Sequence record: SRR31156797_3702 | Strand: one strand, 5' to 3' | Length of the DNA stretch: 45,194 nucleotides | In this document: positions 28,858 through 39,016 of the stretch, one piece after another | How positions within the stretch are numbered: position 1 is the stretch's first letter | Layout: the number at the start of each line of letters is the position of its first letter | Notes under the pieces: model-generated | Database searches by the model: none | The model's input: the letters and a program-made list of their open reading frames with translations, nothing else | What the model was told of the DNA's origin: nothing | Position numbers and translations under genes: made by a program

Positions 28858-31800
28858 ATCATCTCATAAAGAATCTGAAGCTCAAACCCAGCCAGGATTG
28901 GGCTTTGCTGCGCAGCGAAGGGATCACCCACATCGAAAAGCTGGCCAGCAGGCTGTGGACGGATTATAACGTCCATGATCCGGGGATTACCATCCTGGAA
29001 TTGCTTTGCTATGCCATTACCGATCTCGGCTACCGCACCGATTTTGAGATTAAAGATTTGCTGACCAGGCTCGTGAATGGCAGCGATCCGGATACCGGGG
29101 ATTTTTATACCGCGGCAAAAATCCTGCCTTCTTCAGCTGTTAGCTTCGATGACCTCCGCAAACTTTTGATCGACATCACCGGTGTCCGCAATGCCTGGGT
29201 GTCGAAAAATACCGAAATCAGCTATTGTCTCGACACGGCTGATCATTTACTGAAAGACACCTGCACAAAAAGCACAGATGAACAACTGGCCCCACTCAAC
29301 GGGCTTTATGATGTTTTGATCCAGACGGAAGACAACATCACCGACGAGCCACGCTACAGCTATGCGGCAAAAAAAGATAATGCCGGCGATGGCGGTTATG
29401 TGACTGCCGGAACCAAAGGCATCGAATTTAAAGTGTTATACACGTTCACATTGCAATTGGTTTATGTTTATGCCCAAAATCCGGGAATGGTTAACGTGAG
29501 ATTGTTGCGGAAAAATGAATCCGGTGTTTACCAGGCTGTTGAATCTGTAAGCCAGGATATTCCAAATGCCGATGAAAAAACAGCAATTATCACCGGCTTT
29601 GCACTTGACCCGGGCGAGTACCGTCTGGATGCCAATGGCTCGGCAACGCCGCTTTTCAGTAACAACAATTACGATTATTCAAGGGTTTTTCCCAACCTGC
29701 TTCACCTGCAAAATGGCTACAGCGGATCGGCAAAAAACGCCAAATATTACTTTTTCTATGATTGGAAAGTCTCATTCGTGGTTTCACCTTTCGACAAGGA
29801 GTTACTGGATTCCGGGGAATTGTTCGAAGGGATTGCCGGGCTGTCAATAAAAGACACCGGCATCAGCGGAGGTTTCATTTTGCCCGGTGGCAAGGGACTA
29901 CAGTTCAATGTTTATTCAACGCTTTACCTCAGCACCATTACTGTATTCCCCGAAAGTTCCGGCAACATCCAGGTTACCATTTCGGATGGCAACGGGAATG
30001 AAATTTATGCACATGCATTTGATGTTGAACCGGCACCCGATGAGGGGTTTATACTCTACCTGGACACAAAACTGGATCCAGGAAGTGGATATGAAATCAA
30101 AGCCGATGGATCGGTTAAGCTTTATCGTGATACCGGAGTTACCAATTTTCAGGCTGAACCCAATCCTGTACTGGAGATCAAAAAAGGAATTCCTACAGCA
30201 GATTATTACTTTTTCTTTTATCACTGGGAATTTGAGTACTACCACCCGGTGCCATTTACATCACGCCTCACACTGGAGGAAGTTATGCTTGCTGTTGAGG
30301 ACACCATCTACAAACACCGCAACCTTTGCGAAGACCTGATGCACATCCGTGATCTCGAACGGGAATTCATAGGTGTTTGCGCAGACATAGAAGTGGGTGA
30401 TGATGCCAATATTCAGCAGGTAATGGCCGATATATTCTTTGAACTGGAGTTTTATGTTTCGCCACCGGTGATCTTTTACACCATCGAAGAATTGCAAAAA
30501 CGAGGCTACACCACCGATGAAATTTTTGAAGGGCCCTCACTGCAGCACGGATTTATTGATGATGCTGAATTTCAAAAAATCCAGCGAACCTGCTTCCTGC
30601 GTACTTCGGATATTATCCAGATCATCATGGATGTGCCGGGTGTGAAAGCCGTAAAGAATATTTCATTGCTAAGCTATACAGAAGTTACGCCGGAAAACCC
30701 CATAAAACCGGGCGATCAGGTTGTTACCATCGATGGAACACAATTTATTGTCCGCGAAGAAGACTGGATTCTGGAGCTGGCCAACCCGGCAAAAATGGCA
30801 CCGGATTTCGATCCTGAGAAATCAAAAATCGTATTTTATAAAGACGGCCTGCCCTATCTGCCAAACATCAACAAAGCACTTGACCTTTACAACGAACGCC
30901 GTTCGCTGATGTCATCCCGTAAACTCATCGGCATTCAGCGGGATTTCCCCGTGCCTGTGGGCGAGTTTATGGATGTTGAAAAACACTTCCCAATCCAAAA
31001 CGACCTGCCGGCCACCTATATGGTCGGATCGCATCGTGTGCCTGATTCAGAGACTGATTTACGGCGGGCACAATCTCGTCAGCTCAAGGGATACCTGATG
31101 TTTTTTGAACAGATACTTGCCAACTATTTCTCCCAACTGAGCCATATCCGGGAGTTGTTCAACTGGAAAAATAATGAAATCAAAACCTACTTTACCCAGA
31201 TTGTGAAAGACATTCCGGGTATCGAAGACATATACAGCTGGGATGAATCCATCACCGACCCGGGAATGGCCGAACAGGTATTGGAAAAGCTCAACGAAAT
31301 TATTGAGTCACCCAAAGTTGCCGAAGAACGCAAGAATCGCTTTTTGGATCATCTCATGGGCCGGTTTGCCGAAGATTTTACCGAATACAGCCTTTTGATG
31401 TATTCGGTGTATAAAAAATCTGCTGCAAAAAAACTCATCAGTGACAAGCGCGATTTCCTCAACGATTATCCTTTGTTGAGCCGGGATCGCGGACTCGGAT
31501 TTGACTACCGCTACCCCTTTGCAAGCGAAAATATTACCGGCCTGCAGCGCAGAGTGAGCCGACTGATGGGGTTCGATGATGTGAGCCGCCGCAACCTGGC
31601 AGGAAGTAGTCTCAGGATCGACAGGCTGGAATCTGACGAAGGAGAAAACTGCCCGAAAGACAGCTGGCGCTTTGAATACGTAGATGCAGAGGATCAGGTG
31701 CTCTTCCAAAGTGTTTGTTGCAAAAGCCGCGACAATATTTGCATTTTACTGGATGCTGCCATCCTGATTGGTGCCTGCCCCGACAATTACCGGTTTGCTG

Positions 31801-32474
31801 AAATCGGTGGCAAATGGCAATTGCTTAATGCCTGTGAGGATGAAGAGGTAATCGGGACCATGGTGGTTGATGGAGATAATGCACTGGCAGAAGTCCAGGC
31901 CTATTTTGCAAAACTGGCAGGCAACGAGGGCTTCCACGTGATTGAGCATATCCTGCTTCGCAAACGGATTGAAGAAGACGACTTCATGCCGGTTCAGCTC
32001 AACGATCCGGGCACGGACTGTGAGGACGCCTGTGTGGAGGTAAAAGACCCATACTCTTTCAGGGCAACCGTGTTTTTACCTGCCTGGCCAAAACGATTCC
32101 AGAACATACGCTTCAGGCGCCTGATTGAACGCACTTTGCGAATGGAAGCGCCGGCACATGTTTATCTGAAAATATGCTGGCTCAGTCACTGCGACATGCT
32201 ATCATTCGAAAAAATATACAACGAATGGCTGGCTGTCTTCAGCAGGGTGGGTGTTGAATACAAGGGAAAACCCGACATCAGCCTTTCCGTTTTTACACCT
32301 GGCAGCGACGCGTATGAATTACTTGCGGAACACAACGAAAAATTGTCGGAACTGATCGGAAAACTGCATGGCGTGGACAATGTTCAGCCACTTGCAGCAC
32401 TGCACGACTGTCTGAACCCGGACAGTGAGAACCCACAAATTACACTCAATCAAATGAGTTTAGGATCACAGTAA
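28845..32474 (+). CDS. Second baseplate wedge protein (Afp12-like), 1209 aa
   Basis: WTDYNVHDPGITILE.LCYAITDLGYR, RNLCED, QLKGYLMFFEQILANY, NRFLDHLMGRFAE, EGFHVIEHILLR, DPYSF, EAPAH. Confidence 0.88.
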   Translation: MPEIDHLIKNLKLKPSQDWALLRSEGITHIEKLASRLWTDYNVHDPGITILELLCYAITDLGYRTDFEIKDLLTRLVNGSDPDTGDFYTAAKILPSSAVSFDDLRKLLIDITGVRNAWVSKNTEISYCLDTADHLLKDTCTKSTDEQLAPLNGLYDVLIQTEDNITDEPRYSYAAKKDNAGDGGYVTAGTKGIEFKVLYTFTLQLVYVYAQNPGMVNVRLLRKNESGVYQAVESVSQDIPNADEKTAIITGFALDPGEYRLDANGSATPLFSNNNYDYSRVFPNLLHLQNGYSGSAKNAKYYFFYDWKVSFVVSPFDKELLDSGELFEGIAGLSIKDTGISGGFILPGGKGLQFNVYSTLYLSTITVFPESSGNIQVTISDGNGNEIYAHAFDVEPAPDEGFILYLDTKLDPGSGYEIKADGSVKLYRDTGVTNFQAEPNPVLEIKKGIPTADYYFFFYHWEFEYYHPVPFTSRLTLEEVMLAVEDTIYKHRNLCEDLMHIRDLEREFIGVCADIEVGDDANIQQVMADIFFELEFYVSPPVIFYTIEELQKRGYTTDEIFEGPSLQHGFIDDAEFQKIQRTCFLRTSDIIQIIMDVPGVKAVKNISLLSYTEVTPENPIKPGDQVVTIDGTQFIVREEDWILELANPAKMAPDFDPEKSKIVFYKDGLPYLPNINKALDLYNERRSLMSSRKLIGIQRDFPVPVGEFMDVEKHFPIQNDLPATYMVGSHRVPDSETDLRRAQSRQLKGYLMFFEQILANYFSQLSHIRELFNWKNNEIKTYFTQIVKDIPGIEDIYSWDESITDPGMAEQVLEKLNEIIESPKVAEERKNRFLDHLMGRFAEDFTEYSLLMYSVYKKSAAKKLISDKRDFLNDYPLLSRDRGLGFDYRYPFASENITGLQRRVSRLMGFDDVSRRNLAGSSLRIDRLESDEGENCPKDSWRFEYVDAEDQVLFQSVCCKSRDNICILLDAAILIGACPDNYRFAEIGGKWQLLNACEDEEVIGTMVVDGDNALAEVQAYFAKLAGNEGFHVIEHILLRKRIEEDDFMPVQLNDPGTDCEDACVEVKDPYSFRATVFLPAWPKRFQNIRFRRLIERTLRMEAPAHVYLKICWLSHCDMLSFEKIYNEWLAVFSRVGVEYKGKPDISLSVFTPGSDAYELLAEHNEKLSELIGKLHGVDNVQPLAALHDCLNPDSENPQITLNQMSLGSQ

Positions 32475-32497
32475 CTAACAAGCAAATCACAAGCATT

Positions 32498-35400
32498 ATG
32501 GATACGCAGCATTTTTTTCCAGACTTTAAGCCCAACCAGGTTCTAACCAGTACCCAGCTCAACCAGTTGCGCCAGTACCTTGTTGATCAAACAAGGTTAA
32601 GCAGGGTGCGCCTCACTGGAACCGGCATCATTTGCGGCCTCTACGGAAACACCAACACTGGCGAAACGATAAAGATAACCGGGGGTTACGGGATTACCAC
32701 GGATGGATACATCATCGAAATACCAGATACAATCTATCCGAAATTCAGGAATTATTTCGATCCGGATACCGTTGATCCTGAAAACGACGATGACGATCCA
32801 TACCCGGAATATGAACCATGGAGAACCATTGCCATTCCCTGGCAACAGATTCCCATCCTGGAGCTGATGAGCGAGGAGGTACTGAACGATCCTGATTTTG
32901 TGGAACAGGAAGACAACCCTACACAGGACCTGAGTGCTGAGATACTGGATGGAAAAGTGCTGGTGTTGTATCTCGAAATGTTTGATGACCCCCTCAAATC
33001 ATGTATCGTAACCGATTGCAACAACAAAGGTGAAAATGTTGTACTCACCGTTCGGGCATTGCTCATTGATAAAGCATTTCTGGATGAAGTTCAGCCCTGC
33101 GGCGAGAAAGATGAACTGATCCATTTCCCGAAATTAAATGCCTGGCTTCAAACAAAAGGAAAAAACCTGTCAGATGTAGAAAATAGCGGAGAGCTCAATA
33201 AAGCATATCAAAATTTGGCTTTAAAAGCCGTTGATCAGATCAACGATAAAGTTACGAAAGCCTATAACAAATATAAGTCGATCTTAAACCTCGAACCCCA
33301 GTTCACCGAAATGGTGGCCGGCCTGTCGGATACATTGGATAATGTGACCGGCGGCAGTTTTAATCAGTATCATTTTGATTTCGTACGAAACCTGGCAAGG
33401 TCATTCAATGAATTTGCCGATACGATTTGTCCGCTCGTGAAAACGTGCATGGCTGATGGTGCTTCCCCCCGGCACCTGATGCTTCGCGATTTTATACACG
33501 ATGAGGCCGGCATGGGTGATTCGGGGAAATACCGGCATTATTTTATGCCATCCCCGGCCAGAAACGTATTACACGAAGACCTGGAAAAAGCCCAAAAGCA
33601 ATTCGCGCGAATTTTGCACCTGGCATATAATTCTGATTTTGGTTCGGCTGATGCGATAAAAATTACGCCCGGTAAAACGCCTGCTCATCCACCTGGCGAA
33701 AATGCGATACCCCATTATTACAAGCTGGGTGCGGTGGAAAAATGGTGGCAACCCGATGGTTGCTGTGAACTCCATCCGCCGCTTTCCTATCATAAAAATA
33801 AAATGGCCCAATCGCCGGATTCCATTATGCCGCTTGATACTCAGGCTCATCCGCTGCATCTCGATCCCGGCAGGTTCAACTTTTATAATATCGAAGGCAT
33901 AATGGGTAAGCAGCTTGGTGATGCCATTCAAAAACTGGAAAAAATCAAAAAGGATTTCAACCTGGAGTTCGATTTGCTGGGCCTGAGTTTCGATCAGTTT
34001 GAGGGTGGTGGTGTTTACCAGGGCCTGGAGCCGATGATCGAATTGCTGAAAGAGATCGAAACCCTCAGACAAACGCTGGAAATTGCAATCATAGATGGTG
34101 TGGAAGAAAACCAGGAACTGATCATGGAATTGCTTGAAGAAATCGCTGCCAAAGAAACAGCGGTTCTTGAACTGAACACAACATGGATTGAGCAGCGCAG
34201 GGCGATATCGGCAAACTGCAATATTTCGCACCTTCAGGCCGACTACCTGCAACTGCGCAGTGAGCTGATTTGCACTTATCAGAGCATATTGCAATCGCTG
34301 GATAAAATTCCGGAAATACCTCCTCCACAGGCCGGGGACGGTTGTGTTGACTTCGATGAGCTTGAACCTGAAACAATGTTCGATGGTGACGACTTCCCTC
34401 CCGGAAGCGAAATATTCAGCGAAAGCAACATCCCCGTAACATTGCATGAATATTTCTGGACCAACGGAGGCATAGGATACAACTGGGCTATGGTTCAGCC
34501 GGCAACCGCCGATTTCGGTGAAGGCAATATTATGTGGACCAACAACGTGAACCTGGGCTTTGATTTTACCAATCTTGAAACGGCACCTAACAAGGTTTCC
34601 TTCCTTTATAAAAATGATGGCGGATCAGAGAACATCCAGGTGAATGGCGGTGAGCGTGAAATCGTAAGGATCAGGAATGCCGAAGGAGAAATTGCCCCGG
34701 GCGTATTTCTCGAAGTAAATGTGATTAGTGAAGATGCCGGCATTTTCATGGCCATTCTTACCGGGCCTGTTCAGGACCTGAAAGTCGGCGGTCAGGAATT
34801 TTCTATCGATCAGGTATGTGCAACGGCCGATGAAGCGAGTGTTCCCTCCTATCCATTAAAAATTGTAAATCTCAAACGGCAATCGCTGGAAAGGTCTGTT
34901 TTTAAATTGGTGATTAAGCGCAACAACGCAAAATCCCCGGAAGAAAAAGGAAAATACAGCATCAGAATTGAACGACTCAATAAGGAAAAATCAAACCTCG
35001 AAAATATCAGTAAAATCTCCGGTTCGGTGAACAGGCTGATCAATGATGTGATGGTGAACAGCCATATCTCAGGTATGAAAAGACGTACCGGTGGAAATGG
35101 TTTGAGCCCGATGGCTGCTGCCGGCGCCAACCCCACCCAGGACCTGGCCTATGGCTTTTTCATGGCTGTACTCGATCTGCGTTCCCGTATTTCCCTGCTG
35201 CTCGATATCCTGCCAAAAGATGTCCGCGGATTCAACTACCTGCTTTACAGCAACACCGTAAAAGAGATACTGGAACAGATTGTAAGAGTCCGCATGTTTG
35301 TGAATTACCTGTTGGATGTTTTGGTGGCAGGGAGCGGAACAATAGCACCGCTGATGCGATTCCTGGCAGGGCCGTTATTGTCATCCATGACAAAGAACCT

Positions 35401-37219
35401 GGCCCAGCTCATGGATTTTATGAATGCCTATTTCAAAATCCGGTACAACTGTTTCCCGGCTCAACTGGCTACCATTTATTTCCATTTGGAACATTTGATG
35501 AATCTGCACCTGGCCAACTTCGGCAAATTCGCTCATAAGCATCCGGGAATGGAGCACATTGCAGGCGTTCCAAAAGGTGGGACATTTATCCTGGTGGGTG
35601 AAAAAGCACAGATAAATCAATTGGTGCGTGCTGATTTTGCATTAAACGGAATGGCTGAGTGTTGTTGTGAAATCGATCCCGAAGACATTTGTCTGCCGCC
35701 CATCGCACGCATCGACAACAGGCTGGCCGAAGCTGAAATTGACCCGCAAACCGGGGCACTGCTACCAATAGATATTACTATTGACATAATGGGCAACGAC
35801 CTGAACCTGAACAAACCCGGAACAGCCTTTGAACTCAGCCTGAAATCAGAAGTATCCAGAATGGGTGCTTCCCTGAGCATTATTGATGACGATGATGGCA
35901 GGAAGTTGATTAGATATGTACTTCAGGAACCCCAATTGGGAATCGATGAATTCGCCTACGAAATAACTGAAAATACAGAGCGTTGCCAGCTATCCGACAA
36001 CGGAAAGGTGATCCTGATGGTTCGCCAAAAATCAAATGTACCCATGTATGCAGGTGGTGACCTCGCTGTTACACACCAAAATACACCCGTGATTGTGGAT
36101 GTAGCGTTGAATGATGTATTGAATCCGCAAATGCTGGATTCCGGTTATTCACTCACAGCTAACGCCACTACGCCAAATGGAAACATTGTGGAAGTGATCA
36201 CCATTGAAGACCGCCGGGCTGCACTTCATTTTATACCCATAGAAGGATTTACCGGCCGCGACCAGTTTGCTTATACCATCAACTTTGCCAACACCAGAGC
36301 GTCAGGCATTGTAACAGCTTTGGTCATTCCATGCTGCGATGGTCAGGGTCAGGGTCAGGGATCAGCGCCGGCAATGATTAGCGGAAGCGTTTTCGAACGC
36401 ACCGTTGAAGGGCTGGAAGGTGCCCTGTCAGGTGGTACCGCATCCCTGATGCAAAGTGGAAACACCCTCAAAAACACGGTAATCAACAAAGGACAATATA
36501 CTTTCAGGAATGTTTCTTCGGGAACTTATGACATTCAATTGGCGCGGGTGAATGCAGCCACAGGTGAACCCACCCACGAGACCAAAGTCCTCAATAATAT
36601 TGTGGCTAATGAGGGTCAAACCACTACACTCGAACTGGTTTTTCTGGATGAAATCCCCAGGGGAAACAGCCCCGGCTTTTCCTTCCCGCGTGATCTCAAC
36701 CAACTGGAACCGCTTATCGCAAACCTGGAGAACAACGCTGGTTTTAAAAAAGCTGAAGCACAAAAAGTAGTGCTTGATACATTGCCGCCAAGAATGGCCG
36801 CCCGAACGGATATTGTAAACGAAATAAAAAATGGCGGACTTGTAGCCGATGGCGAACTGCTTGAAAAAACCGGAGATCTGGTTTCAGGTAAGTTGCTGTC
36901 AGAAGGCGGCAGCACCATGCGCACGTACAAGCAGACTATGACCAAACTGATCAGTAACCATGCATCATCCAGGGGTGCTGAAAAAACAGCATACCGCGCA
37001 CTGATTGATTCAACGGTTACGTCGATGCTGGATGAAATTGCCGTTTCGGATATTTCGCATTTATCCCAGGGCAAACAAAAGCACGTCACCGACGTCATCG
37101 CGCAGTTGAAGGAAGCCGGCATTTCAACCAACAGCATCCGCAAAATGTGGAAAAGCGGAACATTGAAGGACGATCTGAAGATATCCGCAGTAACCAAAAT
37201 GAATAAGTTTTTAACATAG
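32498..37219 (+). CDS. Large tail-fibre-like protein (Afp13 position), 1573 aa, with Ig-like modules
   Basis: N-terminal FKPNQVLTSTQLNQL..YL..Q.RLSR..L.G.GIICGL, typical of the Afp13-position protein; HPGMEHIAGVPKGGTFILV; C-terminal Big_9-like and carboxypeptidase-regulatory-like segments. Confidence 0.7.
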   Translation: MDTQHFFPDFKPNQVLTSTQLNQLRQYLVDQTRLSRVRLTGTGIICGLYGNTNTGETIKITGGYGITTDGYIIEIPDTIYPKFRNYFDPDTVDPENDDDDPYPEYEPWRTIAIPWQQIPILELMSEEVLNDPDFVEQEDNPTQDLSAEILDGKVLVLYLEMFDDPLKSCIVTDCNNKGENVVLTVRALLIDKAFLDEVQPCGEKDELIHFPKLNAWLQTKGKNLSDVENSGELNKAYQNLALKAVDQINDKVTKAYNKYKSILNLEPQFTEMVAGLSDTLDNVTGGSFNQYHFDFVRNLARSFNEFADTICPLVKTCMADGASPRHLMLRDFIHDEAGMGDSGKYRHYFMPSPARNVLHEDLEKAQKQFARILHLAYNSDFGSADAIKITPGKTPAHPPGENAIPHYYKLGAVEKWWQPDGCCELHPPLSYHKNKMAQSPDSIMPLDTQAHPLHLDPGRFNFYNIEGIMGKQLGDAIQKLEKIKKDFNLEFDLLGLSFDQFEGGGVYQGLEPMIELLKEIETLRQTLEIAIIDGVEENQELIMELLEEIAAKETAVLELNTTWIEQRRAISANCNISHLQADYLQLRSELICTYQSILQSLDKIPEIPPPQAGDGCVDFDELEPETMFDGDDFPPGSEIFSESNIPVTLHEYFWTNGGIGYNWAMVQPATADFGEGNIMWTNNVNLGFDFTNLETAPNKVSFLYKNDGGSENIQVNGGEREIVRIRNAEGEIAPGVFLEVNVISEDAGIFMAILTGPVQDLKVGGQEFSIDQVCATADEASVPSYPLKIVNLKRQSLERSVFKLVIKRNNAKSPEEKGKYSIRIERLNKEKSNLENISKISGSVNRLINDVMVNSHISGMKRRTGGNGLSPMAAAGANPTQDLAYGFFMAVLDLRSRISLLLDILPKDVRGFNYLLYSNTVKEILEQIVRVRMFVNYLLDVLVAGSGTIAPLMRFLAGPLLSSMTKNLAQLMDFMNAYFKIRYNCFPAQLATIYFHLEHLMNLHLANFGKFAHKHPGMEHIAGVPKGGTFILVGEKAQINQLVRADFALNGMAECCCEIDPEDICLPPIARIDNRLAEAEIDPQTGALLPIDITIDIMGNDLNLNKPGTAFELSLKSEVSRMGASLSIIDDDDGRKLIRYVLQEPQLGIDEFAYEITENTERCQLSDNGKVILMVRQKSNVPMYAGGDLAVTHQNTPVIVDVALNDVLNPQMLDSGYSLTANATTPNGNIVEVITIEDRRAALHFIPIEGFTGRDQFAYTINFANTRASGIVTALVIPCCDGQGQGQGSAPAMISGSVFERTVEGLEGALSGGTASLMQSGNTLKNTVINKGQYTFRNVSSGTYDIQLARVNAATGEPTHETKVLNNIVANEGQTTTLELVFLDEIPRGNSPGFSFPRDLNQLEPLIANLENNAGFKKAEAQKVVLDTLPPRMAARTDIVNEIKNGGLVADGELLEKTGDLVSGKLLSEGGSTMRTYKQTMTKLISNHASSRGAEKTAYRALIDSTVTSMLDEIAVSDISHLSQGKQKHVTDVIAQLKEAGISTNSIRKMWKSGTLKDDLKISAVTKMNKFLT

Positions 37220-37220
37220 A

Positions 37221-37260
37221 AACCTGATAATTTTTCAGGTTGATAAAGGTGTTTTATCAA
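37221..37260 (+). other. Two overlapping short hairpins after the fibre gene (possible terminator or processing signal)
   Basis: AACCTGA/TCAGGTT (37221-37241) and TTGATAAA/TTTATCAA (37240-37260). Confidence 0.4.
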
Positions 37261-37287
37261 TTTGATGCATGAGCTAATTCCAAATAT

Positions 37288-37385
37288 CTCTGTGGACCTT
37301 TGTGTCTTCTCTGTGTAACTTTGCGCTATAGCCTAAAATTGCTGTTACACTAAGACACACAAAGCAGTCACAAAGTTTCGCAAAG
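37288..37385. repeat. Intergenic palindromic element of phased heptamers (REP/MITE-like)
   Basis: Left arm CTCTGTG, CTTTGTG, CTCTGTG, CTTTGCG at 37288/37298/37309/37319; right arm CACTAAG, CACAAAG, CACAAAG, CGCAAAG at 37348/37358/37369/37379. Confidence 0.8.
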
Positions 37386-37465
37386 GGGTTTTTACTCGAT
37401 TTATAATTTTCTATTTTTTTTGACAGCCTCATTTCACCATTAATATTTGAATTAAACAAGAAAAA

Positions 37466-39010
37466 ATGGCAGGCCATATCATCCATAAACAGACTTTTAA
37501 TATTGGTGTCGCCACCGATGACCAGGCGCACGACACCGGGAATATGGTCAGGGATGCGTATGTGAAAAAGGTTCTTCCTGCGCTTGATCATGTTTTTTCA
37601 GCATTATCTCCTGATGACCAGGTTTACAGGTTTGATCGCATTGAGATTGATTTGGGGATCCTGCCTGTTGAAAATCTGGATGCAGAGCTGCCGGACAGGA
37701 TGACCAAACTAATTGAGGAAGCAGTTACAGAAAGCATTGAGCACTCCTCATTCAATCTGCCGGAAAGCGGCAAAATGAAAGTGATCCCGGTGAGTGCTTC
37801 ATTGTTCGATGCTTTTGTTTATTATCTCAAACACGGCATACTGCCCTGGTGGTTTTCTGAACAGGATACAAAGCCGGATGAACTTTTTGCTGAAATTCCG
37901 GGAACCCTACACGAACAACAAATTAAAAAACTGGAACATACCTTCAAACTGGAGAAGGCAAGAACCCGGCTGGCTCAGCAATTTTCGGATGATTTTGTTT
38001 CGGGCATCCTCGGGGCCATGCAAACTACAGGAACCAATTGGCCCGAAACTGAAGAGGGTCAGGAACCTGTTTTATTCTCAGAATTTTTATCCGGAATGGT
38101 CAACACCCTTGAAAAACTCCAGATACCAATGAAAATCACGGCGGATTTCAGGGTGGAGATGATGCGGGAAATGCTGGATCATAAGTTGGCCCTTTCGCAT
38201 TTTCCGCTGGAATTTGATCCCAAAAAAACGGACAAAGCGCTCCGGGATTTCATCGCGAAAAGTGTGGGCATCCTGATAAAAACGCTGGCCCTACACGGGG
38301 TTGAAGCTAAGGATATCATCTCCCTTCTAAATCGAATTCGTGAGCTGCTGTCAGAAAAATCAATTCCCGGTTTTTGGTTCAGCCGGCAAAACTTCACCCT
38401 AAAAAAAATCAAGGAGATTATAAAAAAATCAGGAAAACTACCTGCACCAAATACTACATCAGAAGAAACGGATGCAGTTTATACAGATGAAGAAATACCC
38501 TATGCCGACGATACCGGGATTTACATCAAAAATGCAGGGGCAGTTTTACTTTGGCCATTTTTAAAAAATTATTTCGATAAGGTGGGGCTCCTTGCCGGCG
38601 ATAAATTTAAATCATCCGCGGAGCAAAACAGGGCTGCTGTGCTCCTGCAGTATGCCATTACCGGCGATGATGAATTCGCAGAATATGTACTGCCACTGAA
38701 TAAAATCATGTGTGGGATGCCGGTGGATGAACCCGTGAACACAGACCTAAAAATCCCGACTAAAGAAAAAAAAGAAACCGAAGCGATGATACAATCGGCT
38801 ATCCAAACCTGGAAAACCATTGGCAAAGTGAGTGTGGAGGGGTTTCGCGAATCTTTCCTGAAGCGGGAAGGCAGGCTAAAATTAACCTCAAACGGTTGGA
38901 GCCTGAAAGTGGAACGAAAAACCATCGATATCCTGCTGGACAAACTTCCGTGGATGATCAGCATGGTGAAACTCAAATGGATGAAACAAATGATTTATGT
39001 GGATTGGTAG
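37466..39010 (+). CDS. Contractile injection system tape measure protein (Afp14-like)
   Basis: HIIHKQ...RIEIDLG, YLKHGILPWW, IYIKNAGAVLLWPFL, LNKIMCG, FLKREGRL, DILLDKLPW...W. Confidence 0.92.
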   Translation: MAGHIIHKQTFNIGVATDDQAHDTGNMVRDAYVKKVLPALDHVFSALSPDDQVYRFDRIEIDLGILPVENLDAELPDRMTKLIEEAVTESIEHSSFNLPESGKMKVIPVSASLFDAFVYYLKHGILPWWFSEQDTKPDELFAEIPGTLHEQQIKKLEHTFKLEKARTRLAQQFSDDFVSGILGAMQTTGTNWPETEEGQEPVLFSEFLSGMVNTLEKLQIPMKITADFRVEMMREMLDHKLALSHFPLEFDPKKTDKALRDFIAKSVGILIKTLALHGVEAKDIISLLNRIRELLSEKSIPGFWFSRQNFTLKKIKEIIKKSGKLPAPNTTSEETDAVYTDEEIPYADDTGIYIKNAGAVLLWPFLKNYFDKVGLLAGDKFKSSAEQNRAAVLLQYAITGDDEFAEYVLPLNKIMCGMPVDEPVNTDLKIPTKEKKETEAMIQSAIQTWKTIGKVSVEGFRESFLKREGRLKLTSNGWSLKVERKTIDILLDKLPWMISMVKLKWMKQMIYVDW

Positions 39011-39016
39011 GATTTT

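Noticed and set aside
36341-36360. GGTCAG tandem repeat as a phase-variation tract
   Set aside because: 6-nt unit keeps the frame and has only ~3 copies; it encodes a GQ linker
37288-37385. CRISPR array or tRNA
   Set aside because: Units are 7 nt with 3-4 nt spacers in inverted arms; no cas genes; no cloverleaf
37274-37591. 105-aa minus-strand ORF
   Set aside because: Antisense to the tape-measure gene and running through the heptamer palindrome; likely a shadow ORF
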